Below are positions 11,526 to 22,620 of a DNA stretch of 28,513 nucleotides, piece by piece. The first letter of the stretch is position 1. The number at the start of each line of letters is the position of its first letter. Source of the DNA: Azolla caroliniana (Eukaryota; Plantae; Polypodiophyta); NCBI GenBank assembly GCA_043228905.1, contig JBHGNT010000395.1, positions 1 to 28,513 on the forward strand. The letters run 5' to 3'. The notes under the pieces are model-generated. The model had not been told where the DNA came from. It saw only the letters and a program-made list of their open reading frames with translations, and searched no databases. The translations under genes were made by a program, and so were the position numbers.

Positions 11526-11979
11526 TTTGTACATCTGACAAATATTTAGCTTTCAAATTCCTGTTATATATTGAAATAATAAATCATTACTTAGATTAGA
11601 AACCTCGCAGATTCTTATATGAAGTTTGGACACTTCAGTGTTGTGATTTGTGTTTGTGAAGATTTGTTGGTAGAACTTGGTGAACCCCAAGCTATGCCTA
11701 TAATTTTGTAGATTTTCTTAAACCTAGTTTGATGATTGCAAACGAGAGAGGTGTCCATCGGATACAGATTTGTACATCTATCAAATGGCTTTCAAAGTCC
11801 TGTTATATAGTGAAATAATAAAGCATAACTTACTATAGAAACTTTGAAGATTTTTATATGAAGATAGGACAATAGTGTTTGGAAAGGTTGGTTGGTAGAA
11901 CTTGGTGAACCCCAAGTTACAACTCTACTTTTGTAATACATTTGTTTTAGCCGATTTTGATAATTGAAAAAAAGAGGTA
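11526..11979 (+). repeat. Diverged tandem duplication (period about 243 bp) of the gene A 3' UTR
   Basis: TTTGTACATCT at 11526 and 11769. Shared blocks include TCCTGTTATATA.TGAAATAATAAA and GTTGGTAGAACTTGGTGAACCCCAAG. Confidence 0.85.
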
Positions 11980-13129
11980 AGGAAGGAATCACAAGCCAAA
12001 CAAACGCTAATGTTCAGGTTTTAAAGAACAATTTTAATTATGCAAATGCAATAGAAAGGTTCCACTTGTTTATATATCTGAAACATAGTTAGATAATTTA
12101 TTAGAGAACATGAAGATAAGTTGCAAGGAAACAAGAATATGCTGAAAAAAGTATTTGAATGGACTGATATTGGATCAATACATTCTAATGGTTGGGTATA
12201 TGCATAATATAAGCAAAGGACAGACCTTTACCTCATGAAAGTGGATGAATGAATCATCATACGGTTAATGAAAGATGATCCTACCTCCACACATCTGAAA
12301 TGATGTAAATTTAGACTTGTCTTGTATCTTACAGGTAGCATTTGGTAGTTATTATTATTATTATTATTTTCGGGGGTGGGGGTGCTGGGTGTGGATAGAT
12401 ATAATTGTTTTCTCATTCAGATTTAAAATTATAGCTACAACAAACTTACTTTTTTACTATATGCACTAGAGGTACTACAAAAGAAGTTTTTATTATGGAT
12501 CAATACTAAATTAGAATTCTAATTACATTAGCTCTATATACATGTTCTTACTCCACGAAGCATGCACATGGTCATATGTTCGCTAATACTCTCTCCACCA
12601 GTAAACGGCTACTCGTGCTTCTATATGTGTAGCCAAAGATCATGCCTCCATTACCCACTTTGTCAAATTGTACTATATTCAATGTTGTAGGGCCCTTTTA
12701 ACTCGATTCAGATCACCAAGTAATTTATAAAATTATTGGAGATTGTTATTTTTTATAAGGTCAATTATGATCTTTGTCCTATGTTTTCAATATTACCAAA
12801 TAAGTTGTATTTTACATGGTTTATTTTAAATTAGCTTGCCGAATGACAACATTTGATGAATCTAACCTATAAGGCCATCCTTAAGTGTATAATCAATGAA
12901 GCCCTTTCTTCTAGTGTGGAATTGATTGATCGAATTCACCAATTACCTCGAAGCACAATGATGAAGCACATCATCGACCTCAATAAATGTCAACTCAACC
13001 CCTTGACCATGCAATGGTTGGCCATTCCAACAAGACTTTAAATGCGACAGTTGGGTAGGTATGTGCCAATTGTCAACGAAATGCTCTCTTTGTCTTTATG
13101 GACTCTATATGCAAGTCTAGCTAGCATGC

Positions 13130-13540
13130 AACCCACATTTATGAATACAACATGTTCATCCACACAACTGTTGTAGTTCAACTCACACCACTACACGTCA
13201 AATAGCTACTTTCTAGTACCCTCCCAACATTGCGGATATAGAACAATGCGTTTAACATATCATATTAAGTAATTGTAATTTTATATCAAACCCATTTGCA
13301 ATCTTATCAAGTACTTCCCATACCTTCCACAATGAATGACCCATGCATATCCTTCTCTCGGACCATATCTTAAACACACCGATCTCGAGCATATTTTGAA
13401 TCTTACCGTCCACATGTAAAACCCATAGATCAATCCCATGTTATGATCGTCATCATTATAATCATCGAAACTAATATCTAAATCAACTTCTCCATCCCAT
13501 AACTTCTTCATTAACCTTATAAAGATGAAGCCCAACCACA
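13130..13540 (-). mobile_element. Possible decayed hAT-like transposase remnant
   Basis: DDDHNMGLIY (compare hAT D..P.MG.IY), LWKVWEVLDK, LNALFY and a frameshifted SG-CELNY (compare SGCERNWS of the hAT dimerisation region) occur in the expected order. Weak similarity only. Confidence 0.3.
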
Positions 13541-13660
13541 AGCAAAATCCCCCCCTATCATTATTTGCAGCTAGCTATATTTGTGTGTCAGTCATGACAA
13601 ACCATGTCCATCATATATGACCATAATTAAGAAGATAGTAGAGAAGTTGGCCATAAACTA

Positions 13661-13885
13661 GACTTGGGAGGTGCATGCAATCGTATCTGATCATATATGT
13701 ATATATTTGGATTCATTTTGTAGATTTGGGAGGAGCAGGCAATCGTATCTTATCATATATGTATGTATATATTTGGATTCATTTTGTAGATTTGGGAGGA
13801 GCAGGCAAATCGTATCTTATCATATATGTATATAATTTGATTCATTTTGTAGATTTAGGAGGAGCAGGCAAATCGTATCTTATCA
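13661..13885. repeat. Minisatellite, about 3.5 copies of a 62-66 bp unit
   Basis: Units start at 13661, 13723, 13789 and 13852 (GATTTGGGAGGAGCAGGCAATCGTATCTTATCATATATGTATATATTTGGATTCATTTTGTA). Confidence 0.93.
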
Positions 13886-14056
13886 GAATTAAATCAAGAC
13901 AACAAAACTTGAGAATTCAAACTCTGATCTGCCAAGGAAGGGGCAGACACAGTTTGATCTACATACTTAAGAAAGCAGCCAGGGATTGGATTTTTTTGTT
14001 TTGGGGGGTTTGATCGAAATTAACAGAGCTCTCTCCCCTACCAAAATTCGTCTGCA

Positions 14057-15371
14057 TTAAGTGCTCTGATGACGCCTTCGAACCCACATCGAAATCTCTA
14101 GAAGCAATGAAGCAGCGATGAGCACACACAGGCTGGCGATGTATCCATAACTCCAAATGCTGCTTCCCTCGTATATGTCGATACCTTTGAAGATGTTGAT
14201 GATGCTCAATCCGATGATGGTGTAGCCAAGCAGATGATGGTAGACATTCCAGTACTTCCGGATCTTCACGTCTTTCCCTGGGCGAAGGAAGAGGGCGAAC
14301 ATCTGCAGGGTACTGAAGACAAACAGAGCGATGCCAATGTTCAGATGGTCTGTGTAAACGAAAGTGCTGTCGCTCCGAAGCTTCATCCCGAGTGCCCAGC
14401 TTGAAACCCCCAATGCATAAGCCAGGATTTGGCAGGAAATGTGGATGTAAAACCAGGCGGGATCTGAGATGGGTCGGAGGTACCTTGCGGCCATGGCACC
14501 CAACGGGAAGAGAATGCCCCAAGAGATGATGCTGAGGATTCCATGGGCCCTTTCTAGGGTTCCAGAACCTGAACCCTGATCTGCCGGTGGATCCGACACG
14601 GTTGTGGTGTCCATATTGATGACCTTGTAGGCTGTCAGATCATTTGACGACATGCCATGTGTTTGGGGCTGGAAATTAGTGACAGATGATCCTCTGCCCC
14701 ATATGTGATTCAGAGAAGTGGTATTGGATGGGAGCTTGAACGAGACGAGGAAGCTCATGGAGGTGCCTGAACCAAAAACAGAAACAAAACAACAACAGTC
14801 ATAATATGCCTGAGATTGTGAGATTACAGCACCATTTCGAGTTGTGCCATGGACATGAAAAGAACCATGTGTGTGTGGGGGGGGTTTTTAGGGTTTCTGA
14901 TGGAATGCAGAGACATGTTAGGGTTTAACCTGAGATCTCGACTGCAGTGGTGGTGATAAGGAAGTCAATGGGGGTGCAAGCGCAGGGGTCACGCGAGTCT
15001 TGAACTCGCGACGTGAGCTTGTAAGGGAGGACATTGCTGCCATTCTGCGAAGAGACGAAGGCAATGAGGGAGCTTGTGCCCACCATGCGGTTGCGATGGC
15101 TAGGGTTAATGCCCCACCCCACCCAGCCTGTTGCCCTAGGTGCAGTCCCTGAGAACACCAAATCCACGCTGTTATTGCTGCTATGGTAGGTCCATGCCAA
15201 TCTCGCGCTCTGCACCTGCAGATCCATGCATTTGCTCAGGTTATAGGTAACCTGATTGAACACAAAGACTGTGCTGCAATCAGGTGACTGCGCGCGCGCA
15301 TAGCCAGAGCCAGATCCCATGAGGTGCAGCTGCAGAATCCCCGCAAGGATGAAGATGTTGCGGAACATCAT
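14057..15371 (-). CDS. Cytochrome b561 and DOMON domain-containing protein (CYBDOM), gene B; core exons 15371-14930 and 14766-14057; 383 aa, with a possible upstream extension
   Basis: Hydrophobic leader MMFRNIFILAGILQLHLMG, then a DOMON domain with GWVGWGINP...RMVGT and NHIW...QPQTH. The b561 His ligands are HGILS, WFYIH, HLNIG and YHH. A GT-AG phase-1 intron joins the exons in frame (442+710=1152 nt). Clear paralogue of gene A. Confidence 0.92.
14767..14929 (-). other. Spliceosomal intron of gene B (163 bp, phase 1)
   Basis: Donor TCAG|GTTAAA and acceptor TTTTTGGTTCAG|G. Homologous position to the gene A intron. Confidence 0.9.
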
Positions 15372-15450
15372 CGACAAGGAATCATGTTTGTTAGGAAGCC
15401 GAGAGCGACACGATCTACTCTGTTCTTCTCCATCATCATCATAGGCAATG

Positions 15451-16017
15451 CTGCAAAAACAAAAAAAAAACATGTACCCTAATTTGTCTCTCAATTCTCC
15501 ACCTTATTGTTATGATTATCTGTATATGATTGTGCTTCCCTCCTATGCAGTAAAAGCTCAGAGGTAGAGCATTTTGGTTTTGATGAGACACAGAGAGAGC
15601 TATGGTTGAAGAAATCCTAACTAGTACATATGCATCACAATGAGGTTGCACAATGACAAGTTTATTTTTCTGAGATATGAAGAAAACCCTAATTAGTCCA
15701 CAATGACAAGTTTATTTTTTTTGAGCTATGGAGAAAACCCTAATTAGTGCACAATGACAGGTTTATTTTTTTGAAATATGGAGAAAACCCTAACTAGTGC
15801 ACAATGACAAGTTGTTTTTTTGAGATATGGAGAAAACCCTAACTAATGCACAATGACAAGTTGTTTTTTTGAGATATGGAGAAAACCCTAACTAATGCAC
15901 AATGACAAGTTTATTTTTTTGAGATATGGAGAAAACCCTAACTAGTGCAGATGAATCACAATGAGGTTGCACAATGACAAGTTTATTTTTTTGAGCTATG
16001 GAGAACACATAAATTAC
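15451..16017 (-). other. Candidate upstream intron of gene B (567 bp)
   Basis: Donor AAG|GTAATT at 16017 and a strong acceptor TTTTTTTTTTGTTTTTGCAG| ending at 15451. Confidence 0.6.
15649..16005. repeat. Minisatellite, 7 copies of a 49-51 bp unit carrying telo-boxes
   Basis: CACAATGACA starts at 15649, 15699, 15750, 15800, 15849, 15898 and 15970. Six units contain AAACCCTAA. Confidence 0.95.
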
Positions 16018-16361
16018 CTTGGGTCATTGGAGTCAGGTACATCCTTCATCATTCTGAAACCCGGTGATGAATGTACTAATACAATCTAAGCAGGCGGGCA
16101 GCCGGTATTATGGTTGAGTGGTCGCCCAACGAGAGTGAAGAGGCGGCAATAATCAGATCAATGACAAAATCAATAGAATGTGTGGTAGTGTCTCACCTCT
16201 TCCGTGGAACCACGATCATCCTCCAATTCTTCTCTTCAGCATAATTGGCATCACCTTCTGATCCCGTGTTGTGTTGTTGTGTTGTGTTGTGTCGTGTCGG
16301 ATCCGAAGGAACTGTAGCCCCAATGTCTTTCTCATTTCAGCCTTTGCTTGGGATGCTTTGG

Positions 16362-16368
16362 TTTTATA
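16362..16368 (-). promoter_or_regulatory. Candidate TATA box of gene B
   Basis: TATAAAA on the minus strand, upstream of the candidate 5' exons. Confidence 0.4.
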
Positions 16369-16792
16369 TGTGAAGAAAACCAAGTGATCTTGTCAAATGT
16401 TGTGTGTGCATTTTCTTTAGGATGCAGGAAAAGAAGGGTGAGTCATGACCACAAACTAAAAAATACGTGTTTGCATTATTACATAATTGAGGCTTACACT
16501 CCACATCATGCTGTTGGGATCATCTCTTTCCTCAAAACAGTATATTATTTCTCTCCTTGCCCTCAACCCCATCCCATTATAAAATTTCCTAATCAATGTC
16601 AATGTTTGCAAAAAGTCTTCTTGTCTTCTTCGGGTCTAATAGCGAGCGTGTGTGCGTGCATGCATGATCGGTCCATCCACGTATCCATTCGTGCGCAACA
16701 AGTTATGGGGATCACCTCCAAACTAGCTCACAAAGTTTTGACCCAAGCCAATGGTTTTTGCATGTGCTTTTCCAGCACATAATGCCTTATTT

Positions 16793-16860
16793 TATATATA
16801 TATATATAGATATATCTATATATATATATATTATATGTGTGTGTGTGGGAGAGAGAGAGA
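16793..16860. repeat. Compound (TA)n(TG)n(GA)n microsatellite
   Basis: Read directly from the sequence. Confidence 0.9.
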
Positions 16861-17042
16861 TAATTGTGTGTGTATACCATTCTAAATGATTCCCTTACAC
16901 ATGGACAACCCCCTTGGCAGTATTAGAATTTAAGTAGCAACAAAAGTTCGGTTCCTTGTCGCTATTGCTTTTTGGGACATTTGGGATCTCTTTGGTGTGC
17001 GGGGAAGTTTTGTTTTGTCATCTCTCACCATTATATATAAGA

Positions 17043-17055
17043 TCTCTCTCCCTCC

Positions 17056-17087
<32 letters not shown>
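17043..17087. repeat. Compound (CT)n(TA)n microsatellite
   Basis: Read directly from the sequence. Confidence 0.9.
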
Positions 17088-17611
17088 CTTTCTTCTTTCT
17101 TTCTCTCCAACACTATCATGTTATTTCTCTCTTGGAAATGTTTCAATTGTCACTCATTTGTTTATCCAAAGGGTAGTTAAACTTACATTGGAAGCAATGT
17201 TGCCTCTTCGGGCATGATCATACACATCTTGGCTTTCTTTCTTTAAGTGAGAAAATAAAATGATATGGTTAGCAGACCACTTGTTGAATTAAACTATCTT
17301 CAATATGTCATCTATTTTAAAATTTGAGGGGAAGGGGGGGCATACCACTTGCAAACTAGGGGCATTTACATTCTCCAATGTATGTACTAATTCAAATCCA
17401 CAAAAGGGGGATTGGATTCATGTTCCAGATATTAGCCTATACCTTCAGCAAAAAACAAGCAACAAATCATTAGCACAATCCAAACTATGTTAGGATTTTA
17501 AATTGGATACAACAGCCCCCAAGTTGATTCTTTTGCAAGTCTCTACAACTCATCCTAGAATTGTACGCCCTAATTGGTTTGATAAGGGTTTTATTGTTCT
17601 TGATCTCTAGC

Positions 17612-17884
17612 CTCATCATTTAATCTTGAAATCTTTATTGTCAATGTACACCATACTTTATTGCACCAACATGACCATCATATCACTAGGTGGTGTTGGT
17701 GGGCATGATAAATCAATAATGAATGTATATTAGAAGTGTGTCTCCACTCTCATCATTTAAACTCGAAATCTTGATTGCCAATGTACACTATACTTGATTG
17801 CACCAACATGACCATCATATCACTTGGTGGTGTTGGTGAGCATGATAAATTAATAATGAATGTATATTAGAGGTGTGTCTTCAC
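17612..17884. repeat. Two-copy tandem duplication, period 137 bp
   Basis: CTCATCATTTAA at 17612 and 17749. Both copies share ATTGCACCAACATGACCATCATATCACT.GGTGGTGTTGGTG. Confidence 0.92.
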
Positions 17885-18887
17885 ATTGCAATTTGCTTAA
17901 AATTATGGCTTTGTAAATCCCCTTCAACAATCCATCCTGAAATGGATGAAAATGTATTTTGCTTAATACTTTCAATACATTATCACTAAAATGATTCGTC
18001 TTAAAAATGTCTTGTAACTTACAACTTTTATGACCTAAAGCCAATTGTGTGTTACTCTAATAGAGTCAAATCTAATGCAAGATTCAAGCTCTTGGTCATA
18101 TATTCCTCACTTTCAGCCACTAAATGATCTCTTTAAAGATATCAAAAGTGTGTAGATTGTGATCTAGAATACACTTTTCGTGCAATTTATACCATTTGTT
18201 CACATGTCTAGTCACATGCTAGGATTAGACTTTATGTTGGAATCTAATGATATAATTTCCTTTTATATTAGTTACTATGCACATGAATCGTCTATGGTTT
18301 GTATCATCCCAATTGCATTTTATAAAAAGCCATTGTCGTGCTCAAATATTGTCTTATAAAAAGTGTGATATTATAAAGCCTTTATTGGAGTACGTAGTAT
18401 GCATGATCTTAAACAAATATATGCCCATTTTCAATGCCATAGTTGTATATGACTACAAAATCCTCCTACACCTTATTTTCACAAAATCTATGTTTGTTTG
18501 AACTTTGAAGTATTTGTCTCCTTGTCCTTCAACTTCATCCCCCTATTGCTCAACTTTGGACCAAGTATGCCTTGGTAGGGATAAAAAATAGTAATATTTG
18601 GTGCTCTAATCGCCTAATCATATTGGTTGTGAAGAGAATGTCACTAGTTTGCAATGTCATAAGCTTTGCTTTAATAGATGCACATTACATATTCTATCAT
18701 AGTGTATTTTATATATATGTTGCTCTATCAAATGCAATGTAACTATATTCTGTATATATTTTGTCCTATCAAATTCGCCACATTTCTGTGAAACTATCTA
18801 CTCTACATATTATCTTCTCACACTTGTTTTGATCTTTCATTAGTATTCGATACGTTTTATGGTAGTTAAAAGTGTTCTAGTGGAAAG

Positions 18888-19396
18888 TGTTGAGAACAAG
18901 ATTGGCCGCAACCGATTCTCACTCACAAGTACAAATGAAAGAACAAAGAAAAATGAATACAATAACAGAGAGACACAAAATGTTTTACGTGGAAAAGCCT
19001 GAAAGGGAAAAACCACGGGAGGCCACAAACTCCGAACAGAATCATTATCTATGAGAGGAAATAGAATAAGGGACTCAAGAGGCGACAACCTCAAGCTCTT
19101 CTTCGTCTACAGACGGCTGCAAATTTACTTCTAACACACTCTAGCTACATAGGCAACTACAAAAAACTATTCACAACAATGATTCATCTATCTCTAACTA
19201 CTTGCCCTAAGTATATTTATACTCGTATTCATATGACTATTTACAAATCTAGCCTCAAGTCGGCTTCGGCTGATTCGTTTATTAGTCAAATAAGCTATTA
19301 TTCCATTTCGCGAGTAGTCGATTTTTTGGCCTTAGCCGAGTTAGCCATCGACTGATTCGGCTTATCTCTCCATCTGGACGGACCTATTTCCTAACA
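18888..19396 (-). repeat. 3' LTR of the degenerate copia (509 bp)
   Basis: On the minus strand it follows a PPT-like GTGAAGGGGGT (about 19400-19410), begins TGTTAGGAA and ends TTCTCAACA. A TATAAATA lies at 19221-19214. Confidence 0.75.
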
Positions 19397-19728
19397 AATT
19401 ACCCCCTTCACTCCAACAGGGAGTGCCTTATCAACCTGACTCATCTGCAACACACGTCTTTCATCAACATGTTCGATCCGTTCTCCGCAGTGTGGATCAT
19501 CATCAGAGCTAAGTCCTTCTCTTCTACTTGCTCCCAGAGCCAATGGTATCTCCTCTAGATGTGCTTGGTCCTCGAGTGGTAGGCAACATTCTTCACAAGG
19601 TGGATGGCACTTTGGTTATAATTGTAGTAGAGTTGGAATTCTTCTTGCCGAATTCCTAGCTCTCCAATAAAATCCTTCATCCATATGACTTCCTTGCCAG
19701 TTTCGACAATGGCCATGTATTCGGCTTC

Positions 19729-20369
19729 CGTGGTCGACAATGCCATGGACTTTTGGAACCTCAACTGCCACGAAACGGCTCCCCCTTATCACATATCCAG
19801 ATGTTCATTGGCTGATATCTACATCAGGCGACATGTCGAAATTCCTGAAGCCTTCCAACATGGGTTTACCTGAGCCGAATTGAAGACACACCCTCGAGGC
19901 GCCATTCAAGTACCGAAATATCCATTTGATTATAATCCAATGCGTGGTCGACAACGCCATGGCCTTCTGTAACCTCAACTACCACGAAATGGCTCCCCCT
20001 TATCACATATCCGGATGTTCATTGGCTGATATCTACATCAGGCGACATGTCGAAATTCTTGAAGCCTTCCAACATGGGTTTACCTGAGCCGAATTGATGA
20101 CACACCCTTGAGGTGCCATTCAGGTACCGAAATATCCATTTGATTACAATCCAATGCGTGGTCGACAATGCCTGGCCTTCTGTAACCTCAACTGCCACGA
20201 AACGGCTCCCCCTTATCACATATCCGGATGTTCATTGGCTGATATCTACATTAGGCGACATGTCGAAATTCCTGAAGCCTTCCAACATGGGTTTACCTGA
20301 GCTGAATTGAAGACACACCCTCGAGGTGCCACTCAGGTACCGAAATATCCATTTGACTATAGTCCAATG
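19729..20369 (-). repeat. Tandem triplication (213-214 bp) of the RT/RNase H junction
   Basis: Units are 19729-19942, 19943-20156 and 20157-20369. Each encodes a (H)W...KWIFRYL.G.SRVC.QF.SGKPMLEGF.NFDMSP.VDISQ* segment. Confidence 0.93.
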
Positions 20370-22502
20370 TTCCTTGTTGGGGTTGGTCATGAACCGGTGG
20401 ACTACTTTGACAACATAGGCAATGTTCGGCCTAGTGCAAAGCATTGCATATATTAGGCTTCTAACCGTTGAGGCATATAGGATCTTATTCATCTCAACTT
20501 TCTCTGATTTCGTCTTCGAACATTGGTTTCTATTCAGTTTGCAGTTTGTCGCTAGTGTCAAGCCAACTGGCTTTGCGTCTTGCATGTTGAATCTCTCGAG
20601 CACCTTCGTCACATATTTCTCCTATGTCAGCCATAACAACTTCTTTGTCCGATTCAGACAATGTGCATACCCAAAATCTACTTTGCCGCATCCTTATCCT
20701 TCATGGCAAAATATTTGTTCAAAGCCCTTTTCAAACTTCCGATTTCTTTAGGTCTTGTCTGATAATTAACATGTCATCAACATACAATAGGAGGATGAGA
20801 AAGTCTCCTCCATCATATTTATTGACAAAGACACAATGATCAGCTTGTGTCTTGTTGAAGTCGTGATCCACCATGAAGGATTCGAATTTCCGGTACCACT
20901 GCTAGGGCGCTTGCTTCAACCCATACAAGCTTTTGTTCAGCCGACATACCAAATTCTCCTTTCCTTTCTTCGCGAATCCCTCTGGTTGGTGCATGTATAT
21001 TTCTTCCTCTAAATCTCCATGCAGAAATACAGTCTTGACATCTAACTTCTCACCTTCCAAATCCATGTTGGCTGCTATGCTTAGCATTATCCGTATCGAC
21101 GTCATCTTTACTACCTAGGCAAATATTTCATCGAAATCTACGCCCTTCTTCTGTTGAAAACCTTTCACAACGATTCGGGCTTTGTATCTGGGTGGATTCC
21201 CGCTTTCACTCGGCTTCAATTTATATACCCACTTGTTCCAAAGTGCCTTCTTTTGTTTTGGCAACTCAGTCAGTTCATACGTGTGGTTCTCATGCAAGGA
21301 ATCCATGTTGTCTTACATGTCACTCAACCACTTTCGGTTGTGGGTATCGATCTTAGCTTCGTCAAAGCTTTCCAAGTCCCCCTCATATGTTAACAATACG
21401 TATTCTTCATCCAGAAATGTTTGGGGGGCTCTTCTCTGTCTCAGAGGGTATCCCCGCCTTCATTTGACGTAGTTGGCTCCTATTCAACTTCTTCATCTAA
21501 GTCGGATTCAAATCCTCGTTCGGTCAATTGACGTCTTTCGACTAGTTCCTATTTTTCCTTAGTCAGCTCCTGACTTTGCCAACTATCTATTTGGTCGACT
21601 AGTTCGTATCTGACTTCGGTCAGATCAACTTTTGTTCAATTCGGCCAATCATCAAATCGGCTTGAATCGGTAGTGGGTGGCCTATTTTCGGTCGACTGGG
21701 AGGCTGACACTATCTTCTCCATCTCCCAGACGAAAATCGCCTTTTTATCAACTCCTAATCACCTTCTTGTCCATTAGGTCCCACATACGATACCCGAATT
21801 CATCTTCGTCGTAGCCAAAAAACAGACACTGTCGGCTCTTGGGATCAAGGTTCCTCCTATGGTCCTTAGCTACATGCACATAGGCCAGGCAACCGAACAC
21901 CCTCAAATGCTGGTAGGACACTTCTTTGTCGAACCACACCCTTTGTGGTATGTCACCTTCCAATGGTACCGAGGGAGACCTGTTTATAATGTAAACGATG
22001 GTCATGAACGCCTCGGCCCAGTATATCTTTGGTAGCTTTGCCTGTGCTAGCATACTTTGGGCTCTTTCCATAATAGTTTGGTTCATTCTTTCGGCTAACC
22101 CGTTCAACTCCAATGTCTTCAACGTTGTGTACTCTAGCTGAATTCCTTGAGATCAACAGTACTCTTCGAACTCCCCTCGGTATTCACTGCCATTGTCTGT
22201 TCGAACCACTTTCAACTTCCACCCAGTTTCTCTCTTGGCTCTCACCTAGAACTCCTTGAAGATACTCAATACTTGATCCTTCAACTTTAGCACATAAGCC
22301 CACAACTTATGACAGTAATAATCAATGAAGGTTACGAAGTACTATCCACCGGAATGAAACCTTGCATCTACATACCATACATCGGTGTGTACTAGTTCCA
22401 AAACAATTTTTCTTCACATCGGCGGTGTCGATAAAAAAATGGCTCTATTTTGTTTTCCGGCCAGACAGTCGTCACATTTGTCCAATTTCGTAGTCGGTTT
22501 GG

Positions 22503-22620
22503 TCTAACTGCCTACGATTGAAGTATCATTCGGGCTAAATATGATGCCATAGTCTTTTGTACCCACCAGATATCTTAACACCATGCTTAATTGCATTCCT
22601 ATGCGATCAGACAAGATTAT
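22503..22620 (-). mobile_element. Orphan copia RT C-terminal fragment
   Basis: SHRNAIKH, frameshift, then VLRYLVGTKDYGIIF. This differs from the equivalent segment of both neighbouring copia elements. Confidence 0.65.

Larger units (their letters stand above)
18888..22502 (-). mobile_element. Degenerate Ty1/copia LTR retrotransposon (integrase-RT-RNase H, PPT, 3' LTR)
   Basis: Motifs: CDDCLAGKQ (about 22450-22480), NGLAERMNQT and LRVFGCLAYVH (integrase), KARIVVKGF, LDVKTVFLHG and SLYGLKQAP (RT), ALSTTEAEY...HSRTKHI (RNase H). Domain order is copia. Many stops and frameshifts. Confidence 0.93.

Noticed and set aside
13675-14013. Repetitive 112-aa ORF
   Set aside because: It is the translation of the 62-66 bp minisatellite, with no coding evidence.
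13959-14522. Alternative-frame ORFs beginning MGHS here and at 11042-11251
   Set aside because: They are shadow frames of the paralogous b561 exons. The similarity follows from the main-frame homology, and their lengths differ.
15649-16005. Regularly spaced repeats as a possible CRISPR array (also 13661-13885)
   Set aside because: The whole unit repeats with no unique spacers, there are no cas genes, and the context is eukaryotic and intronic. These are minisatellites.
16793-17087. Inverted arrangement of (TA)/(GA) and (CT)/(TA) tracts as a fold-back element or MITE
   Set aside because: The complementarity is confined to low-complexity microsatellites, and there is no TSD or unique terminal inverted repeat.
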